A stretch of DNA of 53,499 nucleotides from Prorocentrum cordatum (lineage: Eukaryota), in assembly GCA_963575745.1 (NCBI GenBank), contig CAUYUJ010000310.1, positions 62,001-115,499 of the forward strand, written 5' to 3'. Within the stretch, counting starts at the first letter, position 1, and every line of letters starts with the position of its first letter. Shown in pieces: positions 7,201 to 13,441 of this stretch. The notes beneath the pieces are model-generated. The model was not told where the DNA came from, did no database searches, and saw nothing but the letters and a program-made list of their open reading frames with translations. The position numbers were made by a program, and so were the translations under genes.

Positions 7201-9972
7201 CGTATGGTTTGGCCTCATCCCCAGCTCCTGGAGATTCCATCCTGGCGGGGGAAGATCATGACCACGCATAGCCATTGCCATTTCCAGGGCACGACGCCAT
7301 CTACCATGGGAGTATACTAAGTGTCGTTGCACTTCCTGAGGATTTATACGGTCAATGAGAGACAAAGCTGCCAAGAGTAGCTCTGAGCTACCGCAAGCAT
7401 CATTATCATTATCTGTCATAATACCAGCTTCAATTTGTTCTTGACTCTCAGGATCTGCAATTGCAAGTATCTCATGCGTCCACATGAGGGTCTGCAAAAG
7501 TGTACGCGGTCCATATTCGCCTGGAGCAAGCGAAACAGGAGGTATGAACGGAGAACCTGGTTCACCTGCAATGAAGGCCTGAACAAATGCTTGAGACTCC
7601 ATTTCAATTAAGTCTTCAATAGTATGGGGATATTCTCCCAGCAGAAAAGGCCTGTGTCCAGGCGGGATTTCGGGCGGAGGTTCGAGGTTCTGTTGAACCT
7701 CGGAAGGCGAAGCCTCTATAGTGGTGTCCTCTCCGTCGTTCTCGTAGGCCATGATGTTGCCTGGGTTCCCGAACATCCAGTCGAAGAAGGAAAGAGGCTC
7801 GTTTCCGAGCGTACCGTGTTCCACGGGAGTGAGTTCATTACTGCCCGTGACGAACCGGCGGACGTACTCGAGGTAATACGCGTATAATCCATGACCATAC
7901 CCCTCGAGCTCGTCAATGTTGTCCATGCCAACGACCCATGTGAAAAATATCTGTTCCATAGCCTCAAAGTCCTGGAGGCTCAGATACTCAATGGATGGTG
8001 TGCTTGAGCCGAAATGGACTTCGGACGACATGCCCTTTCCATTTCCCTTCGCTGGACAATCTCGCACAAGATGATCGGTACTACCACACTCATGACATTT
8101 GAGAACCTGGCCGTCTCTACCTCGCGGGTTTCCCCGCCTACCTTTGCCTTTTCCTGAGGTCTCTCTACGGCCTTTACCGCGGCCTTTTCCCCCAAAGAAT
8201 ATCTCATCATGTTGTTCATCTGAGAGCCTCTGGAGAAATGCCGCGATACCTCGCCCGTTCAACCTCCGACGACCACGCTTGCCTTTACCCTTTCCTTTAA
8301 AACTTCTGCGTATCCTCCTTCTAACACGACGCACTGGTTTTCGTGTGAACCTCCTCCACCTTCGCTTAGCCTGTTGTAACAGCCAGAATAAATGCTCAGC
8401 ACGCTGATTGTCGTTATCCATATTCATGATATCTGACCAATCTAGAGCTTCAACACCATCTGATGATATAGTGTCTGTATCGGTGCCGGAGTCGAAATCT
8501 TCGTCTCCTAAATAGGTGGATACACCGTCGGTTAGGGGATTTGATTCCCCCCATAACGAGCGGTGTGGTTGTGGTTCTCTAGAAGGAGGGCTGGTTGCCC
8601 AGCTTGGTTGTGATCGATCCCCTGCTAATAAAGCAGTGGATTCTCCTGGGTCATCGGCCCATATGTTTGAGGGCCCGTTTCCAGGCTGGACTTCAGTAGT
8701 CAAGGTAGTGTAGAAATTTCCACTACCAGATCCCCTTCCTCTTCCAAACACGGATCCTATGTTGCCAGGGGATCGTTCGGATAGGTGACCTACCGAACGC
8801 ATCGTTTCCAGCAACTCATCATATTGTTGTTGTGTTCGAGGCATTTGGTGGTTGAGTGGCTGCAAGAGTTGCGTGGCTTTCTGGTTGCCGACGCCTAAGG
8901 CGCGGAATAGGATAGTAGTTAGCAGTTGGAAGTTAAGAAGGTCGAATCCCACCGACTGTGCCTCAAGTCGGGCCATTTCGAATCGGGTAAGAGTGACATC
9001 GATTCGTTCCCCGTGAGCCGCATGGAAGTCGATGAGTTGTGTGCCGGAAGTGAGCTGTCGCTCATCTTCCAGGCGTTCGAACTTCATGCTGAGGAGGAAC
9101 ATGATGTAAGTTACTGGGTCCGTGTGGACCCCATCAATGTCAGCACCATAGTTTATAATGTCAGGCGGTACCCTCATGGCGAGTGTCCTCGCTAGGCCTC
9201 CCAGGCCGCGTTGTATTGCGGCCGCTTGGGCCTGTGGCGTCATACGTCCGCTTGTAACGTTGAGCCACGCGTTGACCTCGTAAATGTACTCACGAAAAGG
9301 TACATTACCCTGAGGGTCCCAGTATGGGCCATGTGTTTGCCCATCGGTGCTGTTATCTCCCCGACGCATGTGTGCGATTGCTGCCCCCAGCGCGAACCAT
9401 ATGATAGCGAAAACGATTAGCCCGAGAATGTGTAACGAAGAATGGTTATGATGAGCGGTGTCACGCTGGGGTAGCGCCTTGTCGAGTCTTCGAGGCGCTC
9501 TGTCTGGCGGGTTTCCCCGCCCTTGCTTCAGGTATTGCGTTATTGGCTCGTTGCCGAGCGGTTGATAGTAACGCAATGATGAAGCGTATATGGTACCAAT
9601 CTGGTCGTCTAGACGTCGTACCTCTCGTGTAGCTTCTTGCTCTTGAATAGATCCTCGTAAATGTACTGGGAGTGGTGGCGCAGGGTAGTAGGTGGTCACG
9701 AAGATCGCGCCGAAGAGTGTGAGGCTGAGAAGAGCAAGAGCTGACCACGCGAGAGGGCGGCCAGCTCCGCTACCAAGTCGAAAGTGAGCTTGGTAACTCA
9801 AATAGGGCATATAGCCTGTCATATAGCATCCGATTCCAAGGCGCTGACCGTGGACATCGGATGGCAAATAGCGTCCATCGCTCTGCTGTAGCTGTGAAGG
9901 TACAGTATGAGGGGTGGGCGGATAAGATAGGATAAGATCGATGTAATGATCTTTCCAGCACATAGCGAACAC
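1285..9972 (-). CDS. Gag-protease polyprotein with Tpt1/KptA and RING-H2 cargo (2895-aa ORF; first AUG after the PBS is at 9369)
   Basis: Uninterrupted 8.7-kb ORF with gag (about 8780-9369), CHECGSTDHLVRDC knuckle, Tpt1, RING-H2 and a retropepsin-like domain. The first ~65 codons lie in the putative LTR. Confidence 0.9.
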   Translation of the reverse strand: MFAMCWKDHYIDLILSYPPTPHTVPSQLQQSDGRYLPSDVHGQRLGIGCYMTGYMPYLSYQAHFRLGSGAGRPLAWSALALLSLTLFGAIFVTTYYPAPPLPVHLRGSIQEQEATREVRRLDDQIGTIYASSLRYYQPLGNEPITQYLKQGRGNPPDRAPRRLDKALPQRDTAHHNHSSLHILGLIVFAIIWFALGAAIAHMRRGDNSTDGQTHGPYWDPQGNVPFREYIYEVNAWLNVTSGRMTPQAQAAAIQRGLGGLARTLAMRVPPDIINYGADIDGVHTDPVTYIMFLLSMKFERLEDERQLTSGTQLIDFHAAHGERIDVTLTRFEMARLEAQSVGFDLLNFQLLTTILFRALGVGNQKATQLLQPLNHQMPRTQQQYDELLETMRSVGHLSERSPGNIGSVFGRGRGSGSGNFYTTLTTEVQPGNGPSNIWADDPGESTALLAGDRSQPSWATSPPSREPQPHRSLWGESNPLTDGVSTYLGDEDFDSGTDTDTISSDGVEALDWSDIMNMDNDNQRAEHLFWLLQQAKRRWRRFTRKPVRRVRRRIRRSFKGKGKGKRGRRRLNGRGIAAFLQRLSDEQHDEIFFGGKGRGKGRRETSGKGKGRRGNPRGRDGQVLKCHECGSTDHLVRDCPAKGNGKGMSSEVHFGSSTPSIEYLSLQDFEAMEQIFFTWVVGMDNIDELEGYGHGLYAYYLEYVRRFVTGSNELTPVEHGTLGNEPLSFFDWMFGNPGNIMAYENDGEDTTIEASPSEVQQNLEPPPEIPPGHRPFLLGEYPHTIEDLIEMESQAFVQAFIAGEPGSPFIPPVSLAPGEYGPRTLLQTLMWTHEILAIADPESQEQIEAGIMTDNDNDACGSSELLLAALSLIDRINPQEVQRHLVYSHGRWRRALEMAMAMRGHDLPPPGWNLQELGMRPNHTAMRNIARQPMLVDDPEPTTVPPTPGQPSDGQTPAMQGNLPLPDAPMAIIIGSSTSEEVEGDGCGLDEDDVTILMMDVTGEEEVDFDPDESEPSSPSAQEPLAPSSTQQGDLPPSSDPPGIAEEPPQAPPTGAAPAASAASSDENTRRSRSHTRVRGEPHPQARLPRDWRQAGPKEHAARRGGQLLPHNDPRRRKGEHSAFGQGNPAYRDGDGRPIRGGYQLATNIRRPEIQEARTQLRDIIAARKQYRPHAACGPCSQPFQNHRPGCPVGNNEGLSPNRGKTPPKEGHPPLDPMTPEEIAAVNSRLGILGHLDPKEEEKPTPAPRGMVAMTQEEKDALFSLPGMRGNSPGVSSQSQQPEPIIKDETKAQRVAEDEERIQTVDERTREATRKMLEDSSKLYMKGARKPPLPLTSKAKSEPPTPKPPPAPPKQQLLPASVPKQQPQDPTEERRRSLSRSKSIAERAAAFERSEYAPAPASPVAARSRRSDEGAMSRGNWVPKIRGSASRASPRGNPPGAAAAASSSSGAAASSATEAPMRGNPPAVQLHHPGDTSFTSGTPDLIRDRLALRKLPPIRSVDEPFMKECRKAGILPRSNDTLKRLSKAISRICRHAPDKPHNPVWRLKSFDDHDGWINLVDLVENFSWNTSHSRHAYEEAKVISEQLYGRSVDQLAAIMMEVVHVREPDGEEKQRLQFKVLMRDSGEPAIFVRASQGHSWKLKAPWSLYSYIVLCDEPAGRPAKYPEVAMHGTRWHAFEGIMWHGLSCRPEHNTKKTGTGRSHIHFVPTLRRRAVNSGWDPESDLIIFVDWRKAIQDGIKFCWSDNGVLLSEGDNGIIEPYYISHVEDLTTGRQWRNPEYLGIRRARVSVSMMTAPDRWADVGDSSVKYKWSRDQEGVDPAMVYLHRDVGDHYSPTQLGNQPEIFRIFMITESEAGSAAPSRAPSQGPSAVSWQAISTSDLDQIAAALNPDQVEQLADRLYQQDPWAAGQGAMSAMATRNRQAMQGNLPTSGPARFEPMHASPTQSMHTPRGMTPAGTPPAQSPFGTPVRPAVNGTLMERLAAARADHSTALLNMMPPGTPTSQQGNLPGTPSHHRAGIPDDYRSRVAAAVQQVQNHNLPHPSGQRWRPAWSWEPEGPNPRDPARQRAFILAFNAHPSMSQGQRPPPTQMNPPLYPDGTRVPNKFVRELADQMHHLTNVRCSDHSMYPHMAFMPSPTSPEVVVQPTAHSISSGSRGVPDYIRQTHHTQQACFMRRQAVQSVRDQSRAAALDVVRNRGSPLRGNSPAVTPTTSMPNVEGPEVMDLTGTPPSAFMPSETVLERQRRVYPRVADVEVFTGMEDTCAVCLEEFQPRDSVYRLRCNHLFHEGCWNSNVVGHVTNQREGDPQQPPCAICRAPGIITSSFPWTGSLSQTPEQSMRELRELRSMVEEMTARMLAMQTASSHQQGHLPEEVRPPMATGYFDQLIPMTAPQQGNLQDTPQMSPQSGGEVEMSLDPDQLRELRVRHFQNQMDNTHTTFMLDANNPETDSPSLDLSESSAASAAAARAVNISATNEEFEEWLRYRDHVMNEGLQDIALHSYLTLIRRTTREQYMSIRDEYANWREERGDHAQHVSYFQYIDLARMAESESHASVVRGNPPGSTNVPRGNPPTDTADTSETVHIKQPSKTFLDDGGNSILIDVGSKINIMGENTSRKFVQAAESHGRACTFEPRSRLHINGVGEGSAPADTVGTFSIACEYQGSAQHDSYKTNIVSGCGKDLPAILGLDSMQDKRTIIVLERGQEKLIFPGKGQVKMELPEGSKIMPTTKLPSGHLSIRCDRFGAAGQPASGSSSTSFQTVLTGEPTPAQERNQLQGNLPQGLMETLAKATMRGDNIDDLETFDCFVARTLAKHGGSVPMDAVQSRRKIVMGYTNRELHTVSDARSKGALKQLMDNPSMLTAFAEQSASEATARCSAELQHLREAQMLADIVGTSSSS
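1760..2200 (-). other. Retropepsin-like aspartic protease domain of element 1
   Basis: ILIDVGSKINIMG (D-x-G active-site strand), flap-like INGVGEG, LPAILGLDSM and KLPSGHL. Confidence 0.75.
3034..3189 (-). other. RING-H2 (C3H2C3) zinc finger inside the polyprotein
   Basis: CAVC-x14-CNHLFHEGC-x21-CAIC, with all eight ligands present. Confidence 0.9.
4670..5410 (-). other. TPT1: Tpt1/KptA RNA 2'-phosphotransferase domain inside the polyprotein
   Basis: Family motifs in the correct order: LSKAISRICRH, DHDGWINLVDL, KQRL, FVRASQGHS, HGT, GLS, GRSHIHF, SGW, IIFVDWRKAIQDGIKFCWSDNGVLLSEG-DNGIIEP. Confidence 0.9.
8056..8097 (-). other. CCHC zinc knuckle (nucleocapsid) of element 1
   Basis: CHECGSTDHLVRDC = C-x2-C-x4-H-x4-C, preceded by basic KGKGKG/RR tracts. 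Confidence 0.92.
9764..9775 (-). promoter_or_regulatory. Primer-binding site of element 1 (tRNA-iMet type)
   Basis: TGGTAGCGGAGC, identical to the PBS next to the LTR of element 3. Confidence 0.85.
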
Positions 9973-10053
9973 TCGCGGTGTCCGGGCAAATAGGGCGCGC
10001 GTGCCTTGAGCCCAAGGCAGCGGCGCGCGAGCTATGCTCCCGATACTGTAACA
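9778..10053 (-). repeat. Putative 5' LTR of element 1
   Basis: Starts TGTTAC on the minus strand, ends just before the PBS and contains an SL-like motif. The partner LTR is outside the window and the 3' end is not a clean CA. Confidence 0.55.
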
Positions 10054-10071
10054 TCTCCCAAAGAGCTACCC

Positions 10072-11020
10072 TTAAAGTAGCTGCACGCCCGGGTAGATGT
10101 CTGTTAACCACTTGGCGTCCAGCTTGTTCTTGTGGCCCCTGTTCCTGTCCGCCGGCAGGTAGTGCACCGTCTCAGCGAACAGCGGGAGCTCCTTGCGGTA
10201 CCTCTTCCCGCGGATCCTCTCGTACGCCGTGCGTCCGTCCGCCCCGACGTCGAACGGGCTGATCACCGCGCCTGCGTAGTTGATGAGCCACGGCACGATT
10301 GCATGGTCGTGGCCGATCTTGATCCCATACTGGCGCTCCACCGCCAGCTTCAGGGTCCGCACGATGCCGCTCACGGACTGCACCGCCCGCTCGATCGTGC
10401 CGTTAGCCTGGTGCTCCTCCACCGGGCTCTCCTCCTTCACGATCTTGAAGGTTTCACCCAGCGCCTCGATGACCTTGCTCTTCAGGTCCAGGATCGAGGG
10501 CTCCTGGTCACTCTTGAAGATGAAGTGCTTCACCCCCGTGTACTCGATGGCCTCCGCCACCCACTTGATAATCCAGGCATCTTTCGTGCCCTTACTCGTC
10601 GCGGCGATCGACGCCGTCCATCGCCCCTTGTGCTCACGCATCACCAGCGTGGGCTCTGCTCGCTCGTCGTCTCCACCGAAGAACGTGTAGTCAATGGAGA
10701 TCGTGTTGACTAGATGCTCTCGCTCAGCGTCCAGTCGTCGGTGGTCAGCATTGCGGCCGCGTCCTCCCACGCAGTCTCAGCACCATGCCCTGAACTGCAC
10801 GTGCCCTGCCGCCTCGTGCATCTCCCGCTCGACCGTCGTCGGCTCGAACGGCCGCGGCGCCACCGTGACCGGTGGGTCGCCCATGTCGTCGTCCTCCTCG
10901 TCCTCCAGCGTGGGCTCCACGGGTTCCGCCGCCGCCGGCGCTGCCGCTGAGCTTCCGCCTTCTCGCCGAGGAGGGTCCCCGGTGTTCGGTCTTGCGGCTG
11001 AGCCCGCCGACTGTCCCCCG
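10072..11020 (-). pseudogene. Integrase of element 2 (nonsense codon at 10777-10779, 3'-truncated)
   Basis: HHCC zinc domain HEAAGHVQFRAWC*DC, then DDE core ISIDYTF, KSDQEPSI, QANGTIERAV, followed by DGRTAYER and KLDAKW. Confidence 0.88.
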
Positions 11021-12752
11021 ACATCGCGCTGATGTCTGGGGCGTTCCTCTCCTGGCCACTGACCCTCTTCAGCTTGAGGGTGTGGACTCCACGTCTGAGG
11101 TGGATCGGCAGCCTCCTGCCGGTCGCGAGGTGCTTCAGGTAGCACTCCTTCGGCCCAGAGTAAATCTCGTGGCCCTTCTCCACCAGCTTCGACACCGCCA
11201 GCAGCATGCGGTGCACTCCTGTCGACGTGCACCTGAGTCGCCTTGTGCTGCCGTCCTCCGCCATGACCTCGATGACCTTCTCGCCTTCGTCCCGCGCCAA
11301 CTGTCCGTTGGCCGCTCGGTAACTCGTGCCCATCTCGCTGGACACTGTCGGCCTCGCCCGCACGTCCGTGAACCAGGTGTTCGGGGCAACGCTCTCCGCC
11401 GCCCCGGAATCCACTGCTGCGTAGAAGTATTCTTCCGTCGCATCGTCCACCGCATTCAGCTCTAGGGTGCACAGGTCCAGCCCGCCGAGGTTGCCAGGCT
11501 GCTCGGTCTCGTGTTCCTGCTTGTCGTTCGCCTCCAGGCTGTTGGCACCACGTTGTCCTGTTTGCTGTCCACGATTCGTGGGGCAGTCCTGCCGCTTGTG
11601 TCCCCAGCCCCAGCGCTGTGAGCAGTAGCCTTGGAATCCTTGCTGTTGTTGCTGGTGCTGGCCTTGCTGTCCACCTGGTCGCTGCCGAGGCGGGTTGGGC
11701 GAAGACGGCTTGCCCTTGGTCTTCTCCTTGCCTTTGCTCTTGCCCTTGCCGCCCTTGCTGTCGCCCTTGCCCTTGCCCTTCGGGCTCTGGGTGCCCTTGT
11801 GTGCGCCTCCGCCTGGCATCCAGCAGTCGACCTTCTTGTGGCCCTTTTTGCCGCAGTTGTTGCAGGTGATGTCCTTCTGGTCGAGGCTGCCGACGTCCAT
11901 GGGGGTCGCGTGGTCGTTCACCTTCGACTCCAAGTAGCTCTGGATCTCCTCGCGCACACTCACGTACGTCTTGAGCTTGTTCGCGTTGAGCACCAGGTGG
12001 TCCTTGAGAACGCCCTTTGTCATGCTCACGAACACCTGCGCTTTGATGTCCTCCTGCATCGCATGGCCGGCCCGCCTCTCGTAGACGCGGACCCGCTCTT
12101 CCCACTTGGCTATGTGGCTGTTCAGCTGCGGGGCGTCGACCGCTCCCGGTTGAATTAGCGAACCCAGGATGTTGCGCTTCCTGCCAGCTCCTTGTGGGTC
12201 GAACCTCCTCGCTATCACACGCCAAGCTTCGAACCCGTCGTTGTCCTTCGTCGCCTGCACTAGATCCAGAGCTTCGCCATCGCAGAGCTGAGCCAACACC
12301 GTGCACAGCTGCCGGCCGATGGTCTTGATGTCCGTGTCCTCGTGCTCTAAGGTGAAGATCTCCCCGATCTCGTCTAAGTTCTCTCTCGTGAGCGGCTCTT
12401 CCTGATCTTGGACGTAATTCAGGGCCTTCTTGATGCCCGTCGTCACACTCTCCAGGAAATTGGTCAAGTTGAAAGCCCAGCCGCCCCACGCCTTCATGTC
12501 GCTGTTGAAGACCGTCGGCTTGCCAATACCCTTGACGTCTACCAACTGCACCTTCCTCTTGGTCGTTTCCTTCTCCAGGATGATCGTCTGCTGCAGCTTG
12601 GTCATTGCCTCGAGGTCCTGCACTCGTTGGGCCTGGACCGTGTTCATCAGGTCCCTCTGCCTCGTCAACTCTGTCATGAGTTCTCGCACTTGTGCTGTCA
12701 ACTCTTGCAGCTGCTCTTCTGTCGTGCTCATTGTCTCGACGGTGTAAAACAC
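10710..12752 (-). CDS. Gag-protease of element 2 (probable start 12731; meaningful part ends near 11020)
   Basis: DVKGIGKPTVF, GFEAWRVIARRFDP, TPMDVGSL, CNNCGKKGHKKVDC, a second decayed knuckle, and protease AAVDSGAAESV..YRAANG..LLAVSKL. Confidence 0.88.
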   Translation of the reverse strand: MFYTVETMSTTEEQLQELTAQVRELMTELTRQRDLMNTVQAQRVQDLEAMTKLQQTIILEKETTKRKVQLVDVKGIGKPTVFNSDMKAWGGWAFNLTNFLESVTTGIKKALNYVQDQEEPLTRENLDEIGEIFTLEHEDTDIKTIGRQLCTVLAQLCDGEALDLVQATKDNDGFEAWRVIARRFDPQGAGRKRNILGSLIQPGAVDAPQLNSHIAKWEERVRVYERRAGHAMQEDIKAQVFVSMTKGVLKDHLVLNANKLKTYVSVREEIQSYLESKVNDHATPMDVGSLDQKDITCNNCGKKGHKKVDCWMPGGGAHKGTQSPKGKGKGDSKGGKGKSKGKEKTKGKPSSPNPPRQRPGGQQGQHQQQQQGFQGYCSQRWGWGHKRQDCPTNRGQQTGQRGANSLEANDKQEHETEQPGNLGGLDLCTLELNAVDDATEEYFYAAVDSGAAESVAPNTWFTDVRARPTVSSEMGTSYRAANGQLARDEGEKVIEVMAEDGSTRRLRCTSTGVHRMLLAVSKLVEKGHEIYSGPKECYLKHLATGRRLPIHLRRGVHTLKLKRVSGQERNAPDISAMSGDSRRAQPQDRTPGTLLGEKAEAQRQRRRRRNPWSPRWRTRRTTTWATHRSRWRRGRSSRRRSSGRCTRRQGTCSSGHGAETAWEDAAAMLTTDDWTLSESI

Positions 12753-13004
12753 AATCGAAGCCTCTCACGCAGCTCCTTGGCACATACTCTCTGAAGTAGT
12801 TGCCCAACGTGGCCCCAGTAGCGCTGAAACCGTCTGATTCTCCAGAGCTGCTCGCAAACTCTCCACCACTGTTCGTGCGCAGACCAGTCACGCCTGCTGC
12901 GCCGAACCACACGCCAATCAGTTTTCTCAGAAAGCTCGTCGTCGCTATCGGGGCGCCCCGCGCCCGAGGATGTGGAAAGGTTGCCGCTGGATCGCAATGA
13001 ACCA

Positions 13005-13017
13005 GCTCCCGCTACCA
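13005..13017 (-). promoter_or_regulatory. Primer-binding site of element 2
   Basis: TGGTAGCGGGAGC directly after ..AGTCA (LTR end), with one extra G relative to the other two sites. Confidence 0.8.
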
Positions 13018-13225
13018 TGACTAGATGGTTTTGAGCCAACACGACTGCGGAGCGAACCCGCCCCTCACAATCTCTCTCAGTTCCTTACCAAGGGTTATGT
13101 AGAATGCACTGCTACAATTATTATTTGGCAGAGCTTATAGCAAATTGGTGCTGGCCGTTCCTACTCACTGCTGTCTGCAAGCCTTTGCAGTCCCGCGTAC
13201 GCCGGCAAATAGCTCACACACCACA
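13018..13225 (-). repeat. Putative 5' LTR of element 2
   Basis: Ends in CA abutting the PBS and contains an SL relic. The outer boundary is a guess from a TG start just before low-complexity DNA. Confidence 0.55.
13030..13051 (-). other. Dinoflagellate spliced-leader (DinoSL) relic in the LTR of element 2
   Basis: TCCGCAGTCGTGTTGGCTCAAA vs DinoSL TCCGTAGCCATTTTGGCTCAAG: 17/22 identical without gaps. Confidence 0.7.
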
Positions 13226-13281
13226 TATCTGCCCGTCCCCGGAGGGAGAAAGGAGCAGAGAGATGAGACAGAAAGGAACAT

Positions 13282-13285
<4 letters not shown>

Positions 13286-13320
<35 letters not shown>

Positions 13321-13441
13321 TGACGGAGAGAGGAGAGAGGAGAGAGGATGGAGGAGGAGGAAGAGGAGGAGGAGGAGGAGTAGTAGGAGTAGGAGTAGGA
13401 GTAGGAGTAGGAGTAGGAGTAGGAGTAGGAGGGGGAGGAGG
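13286..13441. repeat. Compound microsatellite (GA)n, (GGA)n, (GTAGGA)n
   Basis: Directly visible. Confidence 0.95.

Larger units (their letters stand above)
328..9559 (-). repeat. Dispersed family of 24 14-nt hairpins, GC-NN-G-[GNRA]-C-N'N'-GC
   Basis: Left coordinates: 328, 585, 1201, 1644, 1733, 2268, 2301, 2787, 2868, 3360, 3948, 4188, 4449, 4985, 5577, 5658, 6156, 6867, 7083, 7797, 8124, 8673, 9507, 9546. The inner pairs covary, and one copy (2868) has a GACA loop. Confidence 0.9.
1..10053 (-). mobile_element. LTR retrotransposon element 1 (copia-like, dinoflagellate type), 3' part outside the window
   Basis: Order on the minus strand: putative LTR, PBS TGGTAGCGGAGC, gag, CCHC knuckle, cargo domains, aspartic protease, pol-like frame open to the window edge. 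The gag N-terminus (GPYWDPQGNVPFREYIYEVNAWLNVT) resembles the gag of element 3, which has copia order. IN and RT are not visible, so the superfamily is inferred. Confidence 0.85.
10083..13225 (-). mobile_element. LTR retrotransposon element 2 (copia-like; LTR-PBS-gag-PR-IN), truncated at the end of the integrase
   Basis: PBS, gag with CCHC, DSG protease directly followed by integrase (copia order). The sequence switches to element 1 at about 10083. Confidence 0.88.

Noticed and set aside
1644..9520. [QR]GN[LP]P as a peptide repeat or protease cleavage motif
   Set aside because: The underlying hairpin occurs in all three frames and the amino acids change with stem covariation, so the peptide looks like a by-product.
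9778..9972. Annotated start of the 2895-aa ORF as the Gag start
   Set aside because: It lies in the putative LTR upstream of the PBS, and Gag-like sequence starts after the AUG at 9369. It is kept only as a possible extended isoform.
10777..10779. TGA in the element 2 integrase as programmed readthrough
   Set aside because: It falls inside the C-x2-C motif with no evident downstream structure, so CGA>TGA decay is more likely.
10777..12912. 711-aa minus-strand ORF as a separate gene
   Set aside because: It is a shadow frame of GC3-rich gag; only its last ~80 codons are the integrase N-terminus.
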